In this document: positions 34,939-42,291 of the stretch, in pieces
Layout of the letters: each line of letters begins with the position of its first letter
Numbering within the stretch: the stretch's first letter is position 1
Source: a virus
Strand: one strand, 5' to 3'
DNA: 42,572 nt
IMG/VR virus record: IMGVR_UViG_3300032132_000001
Coordinates: 1-42,572 of that record
Notes under the pieces: generated by a model
The model's input: the letters and a program-made list of their open reading frames with translations, nothing else
Database searches by the model: none
What the model was told of the DNA's origin: nothing
Program-made: the position numbers and the translations under genes

Positions 34939-35717
34939 TATTCGCCTCCTGCGGCAGTCGTCTTCAGCGTCTTGGTCGTCTCACCATGGTAGAGCCCTTG
35001 CAGCTCCACTACACAGCACCCTTCAGGTTCTACTTCTTGATTGACCTCTTCCACCATGTCAGAGTAGATCGACTCTGCCGCCGCTAGAGTTGTAGCGATC
35101 TTGACCTTCTGATCGAACATCTCACCGTACTCTTCCCATTCGGTGCGGACGATGGCATACATGTCCGGGTGGACTGTCGCCGGATCGCGCCTCTCTGGGT
35201 GATCCGGGTTGAAATCTGCCTGGTCGTACTTCTTGTAGTAGCTGTGTTCCCAATCTGGCCTAGGAACAGGGAGGGACCCAGCACCTTGAGCTTCGATAAG
35301 AAGTTCTTCGAAATCGTTGAATTTCGAATGTTCAGGATCAGACCATTGCTCAGGCACCTTTCCTCCCATCACCCGCTCAATGAGATGCCTTGCATTTGGG
35401 ACGATGGGATAGTCGTGGTTGTTAGAGGCGTAGTTTGTCCTCTCAGTTCCGAGATGCTTGAACCCGTTGTAGTGACCAGACAACTTGACAGCTGTCTTGG
35501 TTTTCCCATCTACGATCTCATGGACCACGAAGTTGCTCATGAGATCGTTCGTCTCTGCGAGAGTCATCAACACTCGCATCATGGACAACTTGTTTTTGAA
35601 TGTCCACATTCGGCAGGGCTGAGCGCTGCCGCCTCTACTCTCTGATGGTTTCTTGATGAGTAGCACGACGCTACCATCGACCATCTCACCAGCAATATCA
35701 CGCCAAGGAGCGGGCAT
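34938..35717 (-). CDS. Hypothetical protein
   Basis: GGAGG RBS; 259 aa. Confidence 0.75.
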   Translation of the reverse strand: MPAPWRDIAGEMVDGSVVLLIKKPSESRGGSAQPCRMWTFKNKLSMMRVLMTLAETNDLMSNFVVHEIVDGKTKTAVKLSGHYNGFKHLGTERTNYASNNHDYPIVPNARHLIERVMGGKVPEQWSDPEHSKFNDFEELLIEAQGAGSLPVPRPDWEHSYYKKYDQADFNPDHPERRDPATVHPDMYAIVRTEWEEYGEMFDQKVKIATTLAAAESIYSDMVEEVNQEVEPEGCCVVELQGLYHGETTKTLKTTAAGGE

Positions 35718-35725
35718 TATGCCTC

Positions 35726-36127
35726 CTAGGTCCAGTGGAGGCTGTGGCCTCCAAGCTTTTCGATGCGATTGAAGATTGGATCAAGACGCAGAGCGTCCTT
35801 CTTGGTACCCTCATACATCGCCGTATCCCGACCGATGATGAGGTCTACCAGCTTCTGATCGAATTCAGGGATGACGAAAGAAGCGCCGAAATTGTAGACG
35901 ATCCCGCCGTCATACTTCCGCAGCACCTTCTCGGGCTTACCCCGGTCGTCCCCATAGAGGTTGATCTTACCAAGCCAACACTCACCATGGTCTTTGACCA
36001 TTGCCATGACGATCTGGCGGGACGCGTCATTGATGTCAGGGTCCGCTTCTGGCAGACAGCCGTTGAATCGAAGGTGGGGGAGCATGAGATTGGTCAACCT
36101 CCCCACCGCTTGGGATGTATAATTCAT
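35726..36127 (-). CDS. Hypothetical protein
   Basis: ATGA junction. Confidence 0.7.
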   Translation of the reverse strand: MNYTSQAVGRLTNLMLPHLRFNGCLPEADPDINDASRQIVMAMVKDHGECWLGKINLYGDDRGKPEKVLRKYDGGIVYNFGASFVIPEFDQKLVDLIIGRDTAMYEGTKKDALRLDPIFNRIEKLGGHSLHWT

Positions 36128-36567
36128 AGAGCCCTCTTGAGTGCTTCCATCATGATGTCGTAGTTTGGATATTGCGACAGATCACGGGGAACCAAAATAC
36201 CGGTGTACCCTTCTTCCAAAAGCCGACTTTTAGCTAGGCCGTAGAATTTAGATTCTGCTAGGTCGAACATGTACGTGGTGCCAGTGAATTCGTCATCTTC
36301 ATCGTAATGTTCACCTCTTGCGATAAGCATTTCTAGGAAGATTCGTCCGACGTTTGGGTCTGCCAGCTCAGATTCTGTTAGGACTGGGAAGAATTGTAGA
36401 GTACAGTCTACTTTGGGATGCACTTTAGTCCACGGACCAGTCTGCTTTTCATAACCACAACAGTGGTGCATACACTTTCCGGTTGGTGAAACGAAACCGT
36501 AGAAAGATCCGGTTTCTGCTCTCTGGATAGCTTTCCTAAACGGAAGATCTAGGATTATTTGTTCCAT
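36124..36567 (-). CDS. Hypothetical protein, CxHxxCGY paralogue family
   Basis: CMHHCCGY...FPVLTESELADPNVGRIF...YMFDL. Confidence 0.7.
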   Translation of the reverse strand: MEQIILDLPFRKAIQRAETGSFYGFVSPTGKCMHHCCGYEKQTGPWTKVHPKVDCTLQFFPVLTESELADPNVGRIFLEMLIARGEHYDEDDEFTGTTYMFDLAESKFYGLAKSRLLEEGYTGILVPRDLSQYPNYDIMMEALKRAL

Positions 36568-36583
36568 CTGTCACTCCGGACAT

Positions 36584-36614
36584 ACAAATGGCCCGGCAGG
36601 GAAGCCGGGCCATT
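36584..36614 (-). terminator. Terminator-like 11-bp hairpin
   Basis: AATGGCCCGGC/GCCGGGCCATT immediately after two small ORFs; weak U-tract. Confidence 0.5.
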
Positions 36615-36617
36615 ATG

Positions 36618-36749
36618 TTAGCAGGATTGGACGAGGGTAATCGCCAACATCACCAAGAATCCAGCAGAGAGGCCGAGGAAGGCGCTCAAAGAGAAGTCTA
36701 GGATATGACGTTGGGGATCTTCATCTCGATGTTTCTTTCGGTGTCTCAT
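36618..36749 (-). CDS. Small membrane peptide (43 aa)
   Basis: MRHRKKHRDEDPQRHILDFSLSAFLGLSAGFLVMLAITLVQSC; TAATG coupling. Confidence 0.5.
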   Translation of the reverse strand: MRHRKKHRDEDPQRHILDFSLSAFLGLSAGFLVMLAITLVQSC

Positions 36750-36847
36750 TAGTCGTCAATTACTATATGGCACACCAGGCACGCTACCAGTCCTACCAAA
36801 ATGTCGTCGGTGATGAACCAAAACGCAATTCCGACTAGGATTGACAT
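36749..36847 (-). CDS. Small hydrophobic peptide (32 aa)
   Basis: MSILVGIAFWFITDDILVGLVACLVCHIVIDD; AGGAG RBS. Confidence 0.5.
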   Translation of the reverse strand: MSILVGIAFWFITDDILVGLVACLVCHIVIDD

Positions 36848-36864
36848 TACTGCTCCTGGGTGGG

Positions 36865-36941
36865 TGGTAGACCGGGTGGGAATCGAACCCACGACCTCCA
36901 CTTTATAAGAATGGCGCTCTTACCGACTGAGCTACCGGTCC
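36865..36941 (-). tRNA. tRNA-Ile(UAU)
   Basis: GGACCGG/CCGGTCT acceptor, anticodon arm CCATT-CTTATAA-AGTGG, GTTCGATTC, A73, CCA. Confidence 0.9.
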
Positions 36942-37014
36942 AAGTTGGGAGCGGTAGCTCCCAAATTAGCTCGGTATTCGTATTCGTGGATGTGGGTGGG
37001 TCATGGTTTATGTT

Positions 37015-37091
37015 TGGTGGGCCGTGCAGGACTCGAACCTGCGACCAACTGGTTATGAGCCAGCCGCTCTAACCAACTGAGCTAACGGCCC
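37015..37091 (-). tRNA. tRNA with CAU anticodon, most like tRNA-Ile2 (lysidine type); elongator Met not excluded
   Basis: GGGCCGT/ACGGCCC acceptor with paired G1-C72 (not an initiator), CTCATAA loop, overall resemblance to ileX-type tRNAs, CCA. Confidence 0.88.
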
Positions 37092-37119
37092 GCTCCCTTT
37101 AGATACGCGGGGTCACACC

Positions 37120-37132
37120 CAACGTGCCACGG
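37120..37132 (-). promoter_or_regulatory. Conserved 13-mer, copy 5 (21 bp identical to copy 1 context)
   Basis: ACCCAACGTGCCACGGGTTAG at 37117-37137 and 5431-5451; about 28 nt upstream of the tRNA pair. Confidence 0.8.
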
Positions 37133-37133
37133 G

Positions 37134-37382
37134 TTAGCCGTGTTTCTTGTATTCCTCTTGCCAGAGTCGAGCACCATCAGGATGTTCGATGGCCATCATT
37201 GTGATGTCATCGGGAGGATCGCCCTTGAAGACTTCATCTACGTCGCAGTCTCGACCGTTGAACTCGGCCCAGACCGTGCATTCGTATTCGTCTCCATCTT
37301 CGTTCTTTCCCGCCACCCTGAAGGTGATCCCATCTTGATCAGCTTTCTCGCTCTTGATGGAATCAATCGTTGGTTTGCTCAT
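37134..37382 (-). CDS. Hypothetical acidic protein
   Basis: Start MSKPT 1 nt after the upstream stop. Confidence 0.6.
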   Translation of the reverse strand: MSKPTIDSIKSEKADQDGITFRVAGKNEDGDEYECTVWAEFNGRDCDVDEVFKGDPPDDITMMAIEHPDGARLWQEEYKKHG

Positions 37383-37383
37383 A

Positions 37384-37869
37384 TTAGATGCCCTGTTCTT
37401 TGTAATCACCAGCCAGTGTGCAGAGAGATGCAGCAGTATTGAACTCATTATCGAAGTCGAAGTTGACAGCACCGGACACGGGACGATCATAGTCGATGCA
37501 GGCCAAAACCTCATGTCGTAGAGTCTCAGCCATCAACTCGGTCAATCCTTCTTTCCCTAGTTTGCAAACCTTCTCAACCACCGGGCGGAGCTTTTCAAGA
37601 TCGATAGATTGGATGAAGTTGCCTTCGCTGCAAAGGACACAAACTGCACCCCATCTCTTTGCAGCATCCTCTACCATCCTCACTTCGATCACAGCGTGGC
37701 AGAGGACGTTGTCATATCCATCTGTGACGATAATGACACCATCTTCCTGTGGGCGAAACCCGATCTCACCTTCTCCAACTGGCAAGATCCAGTCACCTGA
37801 GGCGGAGTTGGTGCGCACCGCCTTCTCGATCTCTTTCCTGATCGTTTCAGCTTGGTTTATATCGCTCAT
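37384..37869 (-). CDS. Hypothetical protein
   Basis: ATGA junction. Confidence 0.7.
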   Translation of the reverse strand: MSDINQAETIRKEIEKAVRTNSASGDWILPVGEGEIGFRPQEDGVIIVTDGYDNVLCHAVIEVRMVEDAAKRWGAVCVLCSEGNFIQSIDLEKLRPVVEKVCKLGKEGLTELMAETLRHEVLACIDYDRPVSGAVNFDFDNEFNTAASLCTLAGDYKEQGI

Positions 37870-38351
37870 GCTTGCTCAAAGATGTTCTTCAGGTCGCCGG
37901 TCTGGCTGCGGTGGAGAGTGTGCACAACACGGAACCCCATGTTATTCTCGTCATCCGGCTCTTTTGGGCCGTATTGATCACACTTGTGAGTCTTACGCCA
38001 GGCGTCCTTCTGCTCGTCGGTCAGCTTCCCTTCCACGACACCGACAAACGTCTCAGCATCATGACCACGGTACATGGTGACGACGGTGACCTTAGCCGGT
38101 TCGAAAGGAGGTCCTTCCTGCCACTCGTTGGTCATACCCCATTCGGCTGAGTCGTACCATGCTTGCTCGTCCCCACGGGAGACGACCACCACCACACGAG
38201 CGTGAAGACCTTCTTCAGTGATCTCGGTGAGACCAAGCTCGTTCCCTTCTTGGTAGCCGCACTCCTTGTGCGGCTCCTCTTTCGTGATGAGGACCACGCC
38301 ACGTCCTGGGTGATAAGGGATCCAATCTACGAGGTCTTGTGCTAGGGTCAT
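37866..38351 (-). CDS. Hypothetical protein
   Basis: ATGA junction; GGAG RBS. Confidence 0.7.
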   Translation of the reverse strand: MTLAQDLVDWIPYHPGRGVVLITKEEPHKECGYQEGNELGLTEITEEGLHARVVVVVSRGDEQAWYDSAEWGMTNEWQEGPPFEPAKVTVVTMYRGHDAETFVGVVEGKLTDEQKDAWRKTHKCDQYGPKEPDDENNMGFRVVHTLHRSQTGDLKNIFEQA

Positions 38352-38908
38352 TGTTTCTCCGCATAAAAATCTGCGATGGTCTGCTTTACCTTGGAGATTG
38401 ATGCCTTCTCCACGGCTCGCATCTCACGCTGGATACGGCGTCGTTCTACCTTCAGCTCGTTTCGCCTGTCTTGCAGCTCTTGGATGCTGGAATCCTTGAG
38501 AGCATAGACCAACCGATCGAAGAGTCTAGGAAGATCCTGGAAAGGAACCGACATATTATCCAGATGAAGGCTATTTAGGGCGGGCCGAACATGGATCATA
38601 AAGGACTTGGTAGGATGGTGCGTAGGTGTGAAATTCACCGTAATCCAGGAATAGAAATCGTTCTCGGGTAGCCCAAGGTGCCGAGGTTGGATATGCAGAT
38701 AGATGCCGTGGTGATTAGGGGCACCTACAACCGAATCCTGGCCTTCCACTGGTAGGTCATATTTAGAGATAATCTCATCTAGGACCTCTTTCGCTTGGTC
38801 GGTAGAGGTGCGCACGGCACTCTCCCTCTCCATCTCCGTCTTCCGACGCTGGAGATCGTCGATCTGTCGTTGAAGGTCTTGTGGGTTCTCTTGATTTACG
38901 TCGGTCAT
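38348..38908 (-). CDS. Hypothetical protein with terminal coiled coils
   Basis: TAATG junction. Confidence 0.7.
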   Translation of the reverse strand: MTDVNQENPQDLQRQIDDLQRRKTEMERESAVRTSTDQAKEVLDEIISKYDLPVEGQDSVVGAPNHHGIYLHIQPRHLGLPENDFYSWITVNFTPTHHPTKSFMIHVRPALNSLHLDNMSVPFQDLPRLFDRLVYALKDSSIQELQDRRNELKVERRRIQREMRAVEKASISKVKQTIADFYAEKQ

Positions 38909-39216
38909 TAGTCTGTTCTGATTCGGGAGAGGTCGGGGTTCAGCCCGCTCTCGACTGTTACGATCAGATTCGCTTTGAACCCCTTCTTCTCAATCCAAGG
39001 CACCATCTTCTTCCAGAAGAGATTCTTGGCGTTGGGGCGGGAGCAAGTATAATGGCGACACCCGATGTAAGCACCCGCCTGCTGGCTGAAAGCGAAACCC
39101 CACGACTTCTTCTTGTACCCGCGATAAGCAGGAATCCTGCCGTACCAGACGGTGATCTCCGTTTCGGACGGATTCTCACCCATGTCGATAAGCTCTTCGT
39201 AGGTTGGTTCAGTCAT
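38908..39216 (-). CDS. Hypothetical protein
   Basis: TAATG junctions. Confidence 0.6.
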   Translation of the reverse strand: MTEPTYEELIDMGENPSETEITVWYGRIPAYRGYKKKSWGFAFSQQAGAYIGCRHYTCSRPNAKNLFWKKMVPWIEKKGFKANLIVTVESGLNPDLSRIRTD

Positions 39217-39455
39217 TAGAATCCCCAAAGCCCACCTTCTAGCTGCTTCCCCATCTCTTCGATGGTGACTACGTTCTCCTCGCTATCAACGTAGTCCCTA
39301 GCCAGCTCGATGGGCGTGTCGGGAGGATACTTGGCGGAGAGATATTCGTAGAGAGCTTGATCGCCCGTTACCCAATGGAAGGAGAAGTCCTTCCCCTTAC
39401 CTTCGGTGATCTCGATTTCACCTGAGCTGAAATCGAGGAGGAGTGCTTGGATCAT
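39216..39455 (-). CDS. Hypothetical protein
   Basis: ATGA junction. Confidence 0.6.
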   Translation of the reverse strand: MIQALLLDFSSGEIEITEGKGKDFSFHWVTGDQALYEYLSAKYPPDTPIELARDYVDSEENVVTIEEMGKQLEGGLWGF

Positions 39456-39658
39456 TTTCCACTCTTCTTGATCACGACGATGTCGTCGTACTCATCGACT
39501 TCCAAGACTGTGTTGACAGACAGTGAGGTGTCGAACCCCTCGCCAGAAATCACTACCTCTTTGTCGAGGGAGACTGTCTCGCTGGTTTCCAGTTCTCGTA
39601 GCCCGTCGTCTAGTTCGCCGATTTCAAGGAATACCTTGAGGACTTCTCTGAGAGTCAT
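39452..39658 (-). CDS. Small hypothetical protein
   Basis: Start MTLREV at an ATGA junction with GGAG RBS. Confidence 0.6.
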   Translation of the reverse strand: MTLREVLKVFLEIGELDDGLRELETSETVSLDKEVVISGEGFDTSLSVNTVLEVDEYDDIVVIKKSGK

Positions 39659-40068
39659 TGTTCTTCTCCGCTCCCATAGCAGTATGGACAAGGTGCGAGT
39701 TCTTCTTTCCCACCACCTGTCATTCTCTGTGGTCGCCCTCTTGGGTCGCGATCCGCACGAGTTTGTACTGGATCTTCTCCGGTTCCTTTGCACCGTGGAC
39801 AGAGTTTTCCCTTTTTCACCTCTACCGCAACCGGCTTCTTACCGTTGAATTGATCTTGCATGTACTGGTCGAAATAAGACAGGTCATCGCCTAGCCCCAT
39901 CTCGATGATGGCGTCCACAAGCGGGTCACCCAGGTACTTTCGGATGTCTTCCCAGCTTCCGGTGTGTTGATGAAGATCATAGGCGGTGAACTTCTGACCG
40001 TCGATCACCCACCCAAAATCCTCTGGGCAACTGCCGTTGCTCCAGCCAGAGATGTAGATGGTTTTCAT
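39655..40068 (-). CDS. Protein with DnaJ-type CxxCxGxG zinc finger
   Basis: CPRCKGTG...CPYCYGSG. Confidence 0.75.
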   Translation of the reverse strand: MKTIYISGWSNGSCPEDFGWVIDGQKFTAYDLHQHTGSWEDIRKYLGDPLVDAIIEMGLGDDLSYFDQYMQDQFNGKKPVAVEVKKGKLCPRCKGTGEDPVQTRADRDPRGRPQRMTGGGKEELAPCPYCYGSGEEQ

Positions 40069-40316
40069 TATTCCCTCATCTTATCTCGAACAGCATTAAG
40101 CAGCCCACGCTCCCGGCGCTTCAGTCTCATGACATTGGCTCTTGGGCCGTGAATGTACAGCATATCACCATATGCTTCATAGTAGAACACTGTACATTCA
40201 TCGATCTCCCATGCCGTCCTCATCGTGCGAGATTCACCACCAGAGCTTTCGAAGAAATGGAGCGCTCGATCTGTTACGGGATTTAATCTATCGGTAAGAT
40301 CAGAGTGTCTGGGCAT
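40068..40316 (-). CDS. Hypothetical protein
   Basis: Abuts both neighbours. Confidence 0.6.
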   Translation of the reverse strand: MPRHSDLTDRLNPVTDRALHFFESSGGESRTMRTAWEIDECTVFYYEAYGDMLYIHGPRANVMRLKRRERGLLNAVRDKMRE

Positions 40317-41384
40317 TTATCCGTTGATTACGGGGAAGACCGGGCAGGCCCTCTTGTTCGCGAACAGGGCGCTCCTGAAGTGCTGGGCAGCTGGAGAGTT
40401 CCAGATGTCCCGCACGAAGTCGTCGCACTCTAGCACGTTGACCGACATCCAGCCGTGTTCCTTCTCGGTGAAGGAGCAGTGCCAGTAGTCGCCGGTTACG
40501 TTGATGTAGGAAGAGAATACCGAGGCTTCGCATCGCTCCGTAGAGGTCAGCATCATCCGCTTCATCTCGTCAGGCAAGTCCATGTTAATCATGGCCTGCT
40601 CAAACTTCGGAGCCGAGCAAGAGTCGAAACCGAAGCGGATCTCGTTGTCCAGGCAGAACCGTACCAGCTTCTGGTACTCTTCCAGGGGGAGAGGGGTGAA
40701 GCCGTTCGCACCACGACCCTTCGGCTTGAGGCCGAGGAAGACGATGGCGTTCATCTCCGCAAGACGTGGGTCGTGCAGACGGTCGTGCAGCACTTCGTGT
40801 GCGTGCTTCAGCGTCCGGTCCGAGATCATGAGGTGGATGTTGGTCTGCTGGAGGCCATGGTCGGTGAACCACTTCACTCCCCTATAGCAGACGCTTGGAT
40901 CCTTCTCATAGGCGGAGATCGCCACGGCACCAATCACCTTGACAAACTCCTTGACCAGATCCTCACGCAGGTCCATACCGGACAGGGTGAAGTTAGGGGC
41001 GATGCCCTGCTCTCTGGTGTGCCAGAGGATGTCCATGAACTCAGGGTTGGCCTCGATGCCACCGATACCGAAGGCGATCTGCGTGAGGCTGCGAGGCATC
41101 TTCGCAAGCAGCTTCTCAAACGTCTTCAACGTCATGTTGATCGGGGCAGACGTTTTATTGTTCTTGTAGCAGAAATTGCAGGCGTCAGGACAGCCGTGCT
41201 TGGAGATCTCCAGGTCCATAATCTCCGGAGCCGGGGCCTCCTGCGGGTCCTCTTCCAACATGCCACCCCACCGCTCGAAATAGCCAGTGACCTTATCGAA
41301 GTTGTAGTTGTACTTGGGAGACCGGAAGATCTTGACCCTTCCGGTCTCGTGGACGTGCTTGTTTACTTCAGCTGTTGTCTGCAT
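40317..41384 (-). CDS. Radical SAM protein with C-terminal SPASM/twitch-like domain
   Basis: DLEIS..CPDACNFCY, QIAFG, KPKGRG, GFDSC, CEA...YINVTG..HCSF, CPVF. Start placed at MQTTAE (41384). Confidence 0.88.
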   Translation of the reverse strand: MQTTAEVNKHVHETGRVKIFRSPKYNYNFDKVTGYFERWGGMLEEDPQEAPAPEIMDLEISKHGCPDACNFCYKNNKTSAPINMTLKTFEKLLAKMPRSLTQIAFGIGGIEANPEFMDILWHTREQGIAPNFTLSGMDLREDLVKEFVKVIGAVAISAYEKDPSVCYRGVKWFTDHGLQQTNIHLMISDRTLKHAHEVLHDRLHDPRLAEMNAIVFLGLKPKGRGANGFTPLPLEEYQKLVRFCLDNEIRFGFDSCSAPKFEQAMINMDLPDEMKRMMLTSTERCEASVFSSYINVTGDYWHCSFTEKEHGWMSVNVLECDDFVRDIWNSPAAQHFRSALFANKRACPVFPVING

Positions 41385-41745
41385 AGCTTTCCACACGTTC
41401 CTTGATTTCGCTATATGCTGTGTCCGACGAACTTGGAACCCCTCCACTTTTATAGGCATTCCATTCGATCCAGCGTAGGCCGACGAACTCAGGCCCTTCA
41501 CACAGGCACTCTTCCTCGTCTGGATGTGCCTTGTGCCATTCATCGCAGACTGAGTTTAGCTTCTGCTTATAGCGCTGAAACGTGCTTTCTAGAAGCGTCG
41601 TTAGATCAGCAAGCTCGCTACTGGTGACAGCGATCGTGTGGCACTCTTTTTGGATGTGATCGTCTGCAGCGTACCCACGACATCGTTCAGCGATTTGCTC
41701 ACAAAAGGCTATTACAATGGTATTTGGTTCAGCTGTTGTCTGCAT
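41367..41745. repeat. 18-bp direct repeat ATGCAGACAACAGCTGAA (minus strand) at 41367-41384 and 41728-41745
   Basis: Both copies are exact and both span a stop/start gene junction. Confidence 0.85.
41368..41745 (-). CDS. Hypothetical protein bounded by 18-bp direct repeats
   Basis: Begins MQTTAE and ends ADNS; see the repeat feature. Confidence 0.65.
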   Translation of the reverse strand: MQTTAEPNTIVIAFCEQIAERCRGYAADDHIQKECHTIAVTSSELADLTTLLESTFQRYKQKLNSVCDEWHKAHPDEEECLCEGPEFVGLRWIEWNAYKSGGVPSSSDTAYSEIKERVESYADNS

Positions 41746-41890
41746 CTTGATTCACTTTTGATGGTGGCAGAGCGCTAGATGGAACATCGTTGCACTCAAC
41801 ACACTTATTGCACATCTCACATGGGCCGAAAGATTTAGAGATACCTTGAGGCCAACCATGCTTTACTCTGCATTCTTCGCAGTAGAACAT
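41729..41890 (-). CDS. Small Cys-rich protein (53 aa)
   Basis: Manual translation MFYCEECRVKHGWPQGISKSFGPCEMCNKCVECNDVPSSALPPSKVNQDADNS; TAATG junction. Confidence 0.65.
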   Translation of the reverse strand: MFYCEECRVKHGWPQGISKSFGPCEMCNKCVECNDVPSSALPPSKVNQDADNS

Positions 41891-42291
41891 TATTCCTCGA
41901 CCCCCTCCATTGCCGCGATGATCTTCACCTCGATCTCGTTGGGAACGAAGTCGGGATCAGGCAGCTTTTCTTTCCACTCCTCAAACTGCCTCTTACAAGA
42001 GTCAGTGATAGTGAAACACTTCGGGCAGATGTACCGCTCGAATCGGTACATCTCTCCAGTGAAAACTTCCACATCTTGGCTACCGGTGTCTACGCCGTCT
42101 TCGTTGCCGAAGACCTCACCACAAGGGCAACAAAAGTGAGTTTTACCACAATCGTCGCAAAGCCCAGACATGGGGGGTTCCCAATCATCTCCGGTTCCGC
42201 CTCGTGCTTCTACATCATATAGTTTGGTGCACCAGTCGCAGAGGAAGCTGGCGCTACTAGAGTTGGAAACGAATCCACGTCGATTTTTCAT
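41890..42291 (-). CDS. Phage 'MKxRxGFVSNSSS' family protein, Cys-rich
   Basis: MKNRRGFVSNSSSASF N-terminus; several CxxC pairs. Confidence 0.8.
   Translation of the reverse strand: MKNRRGFVSNSSSASFLCDWCTKLYDVEARGGTGDDWEPPMSGLCDDCGKTHFCCPCGEVFGNEDGVDTGSQDVEVFTGEMYRFERYICPKCFTITDSCKRQFEEWKEKLPDPDFVPNEIEVKIIAAMEGVEE

Noticed and set aside
5434-37132. 13-mer as a sigma-54 promoter (contains TGGCACG)
   Set aside because: None of the five copies has the TTGC -12 element at the required spacing.
41385-41543. N-terminal extension of the radical SAM ORF given in the ORF track
   Set aside because: It overlaps the 41368-41745 gene. The MQTTAE start at the repeated junction is more parsimonious.
41836-41846. 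GTATCT promoter-like element
   Set aside because: It lies inside the 53-aa Cys-rich ORF (41729-41890), so it is probably coincidental.
110-42139. Long plus-strand ORFs (e.g. 505-1305, 21090-21929, 29466-30572, 40455-41405)
   Set aside because: They are antisense shadows of high-GC3 minus-strand genes that have clear motifs. They lack recognisable domains.
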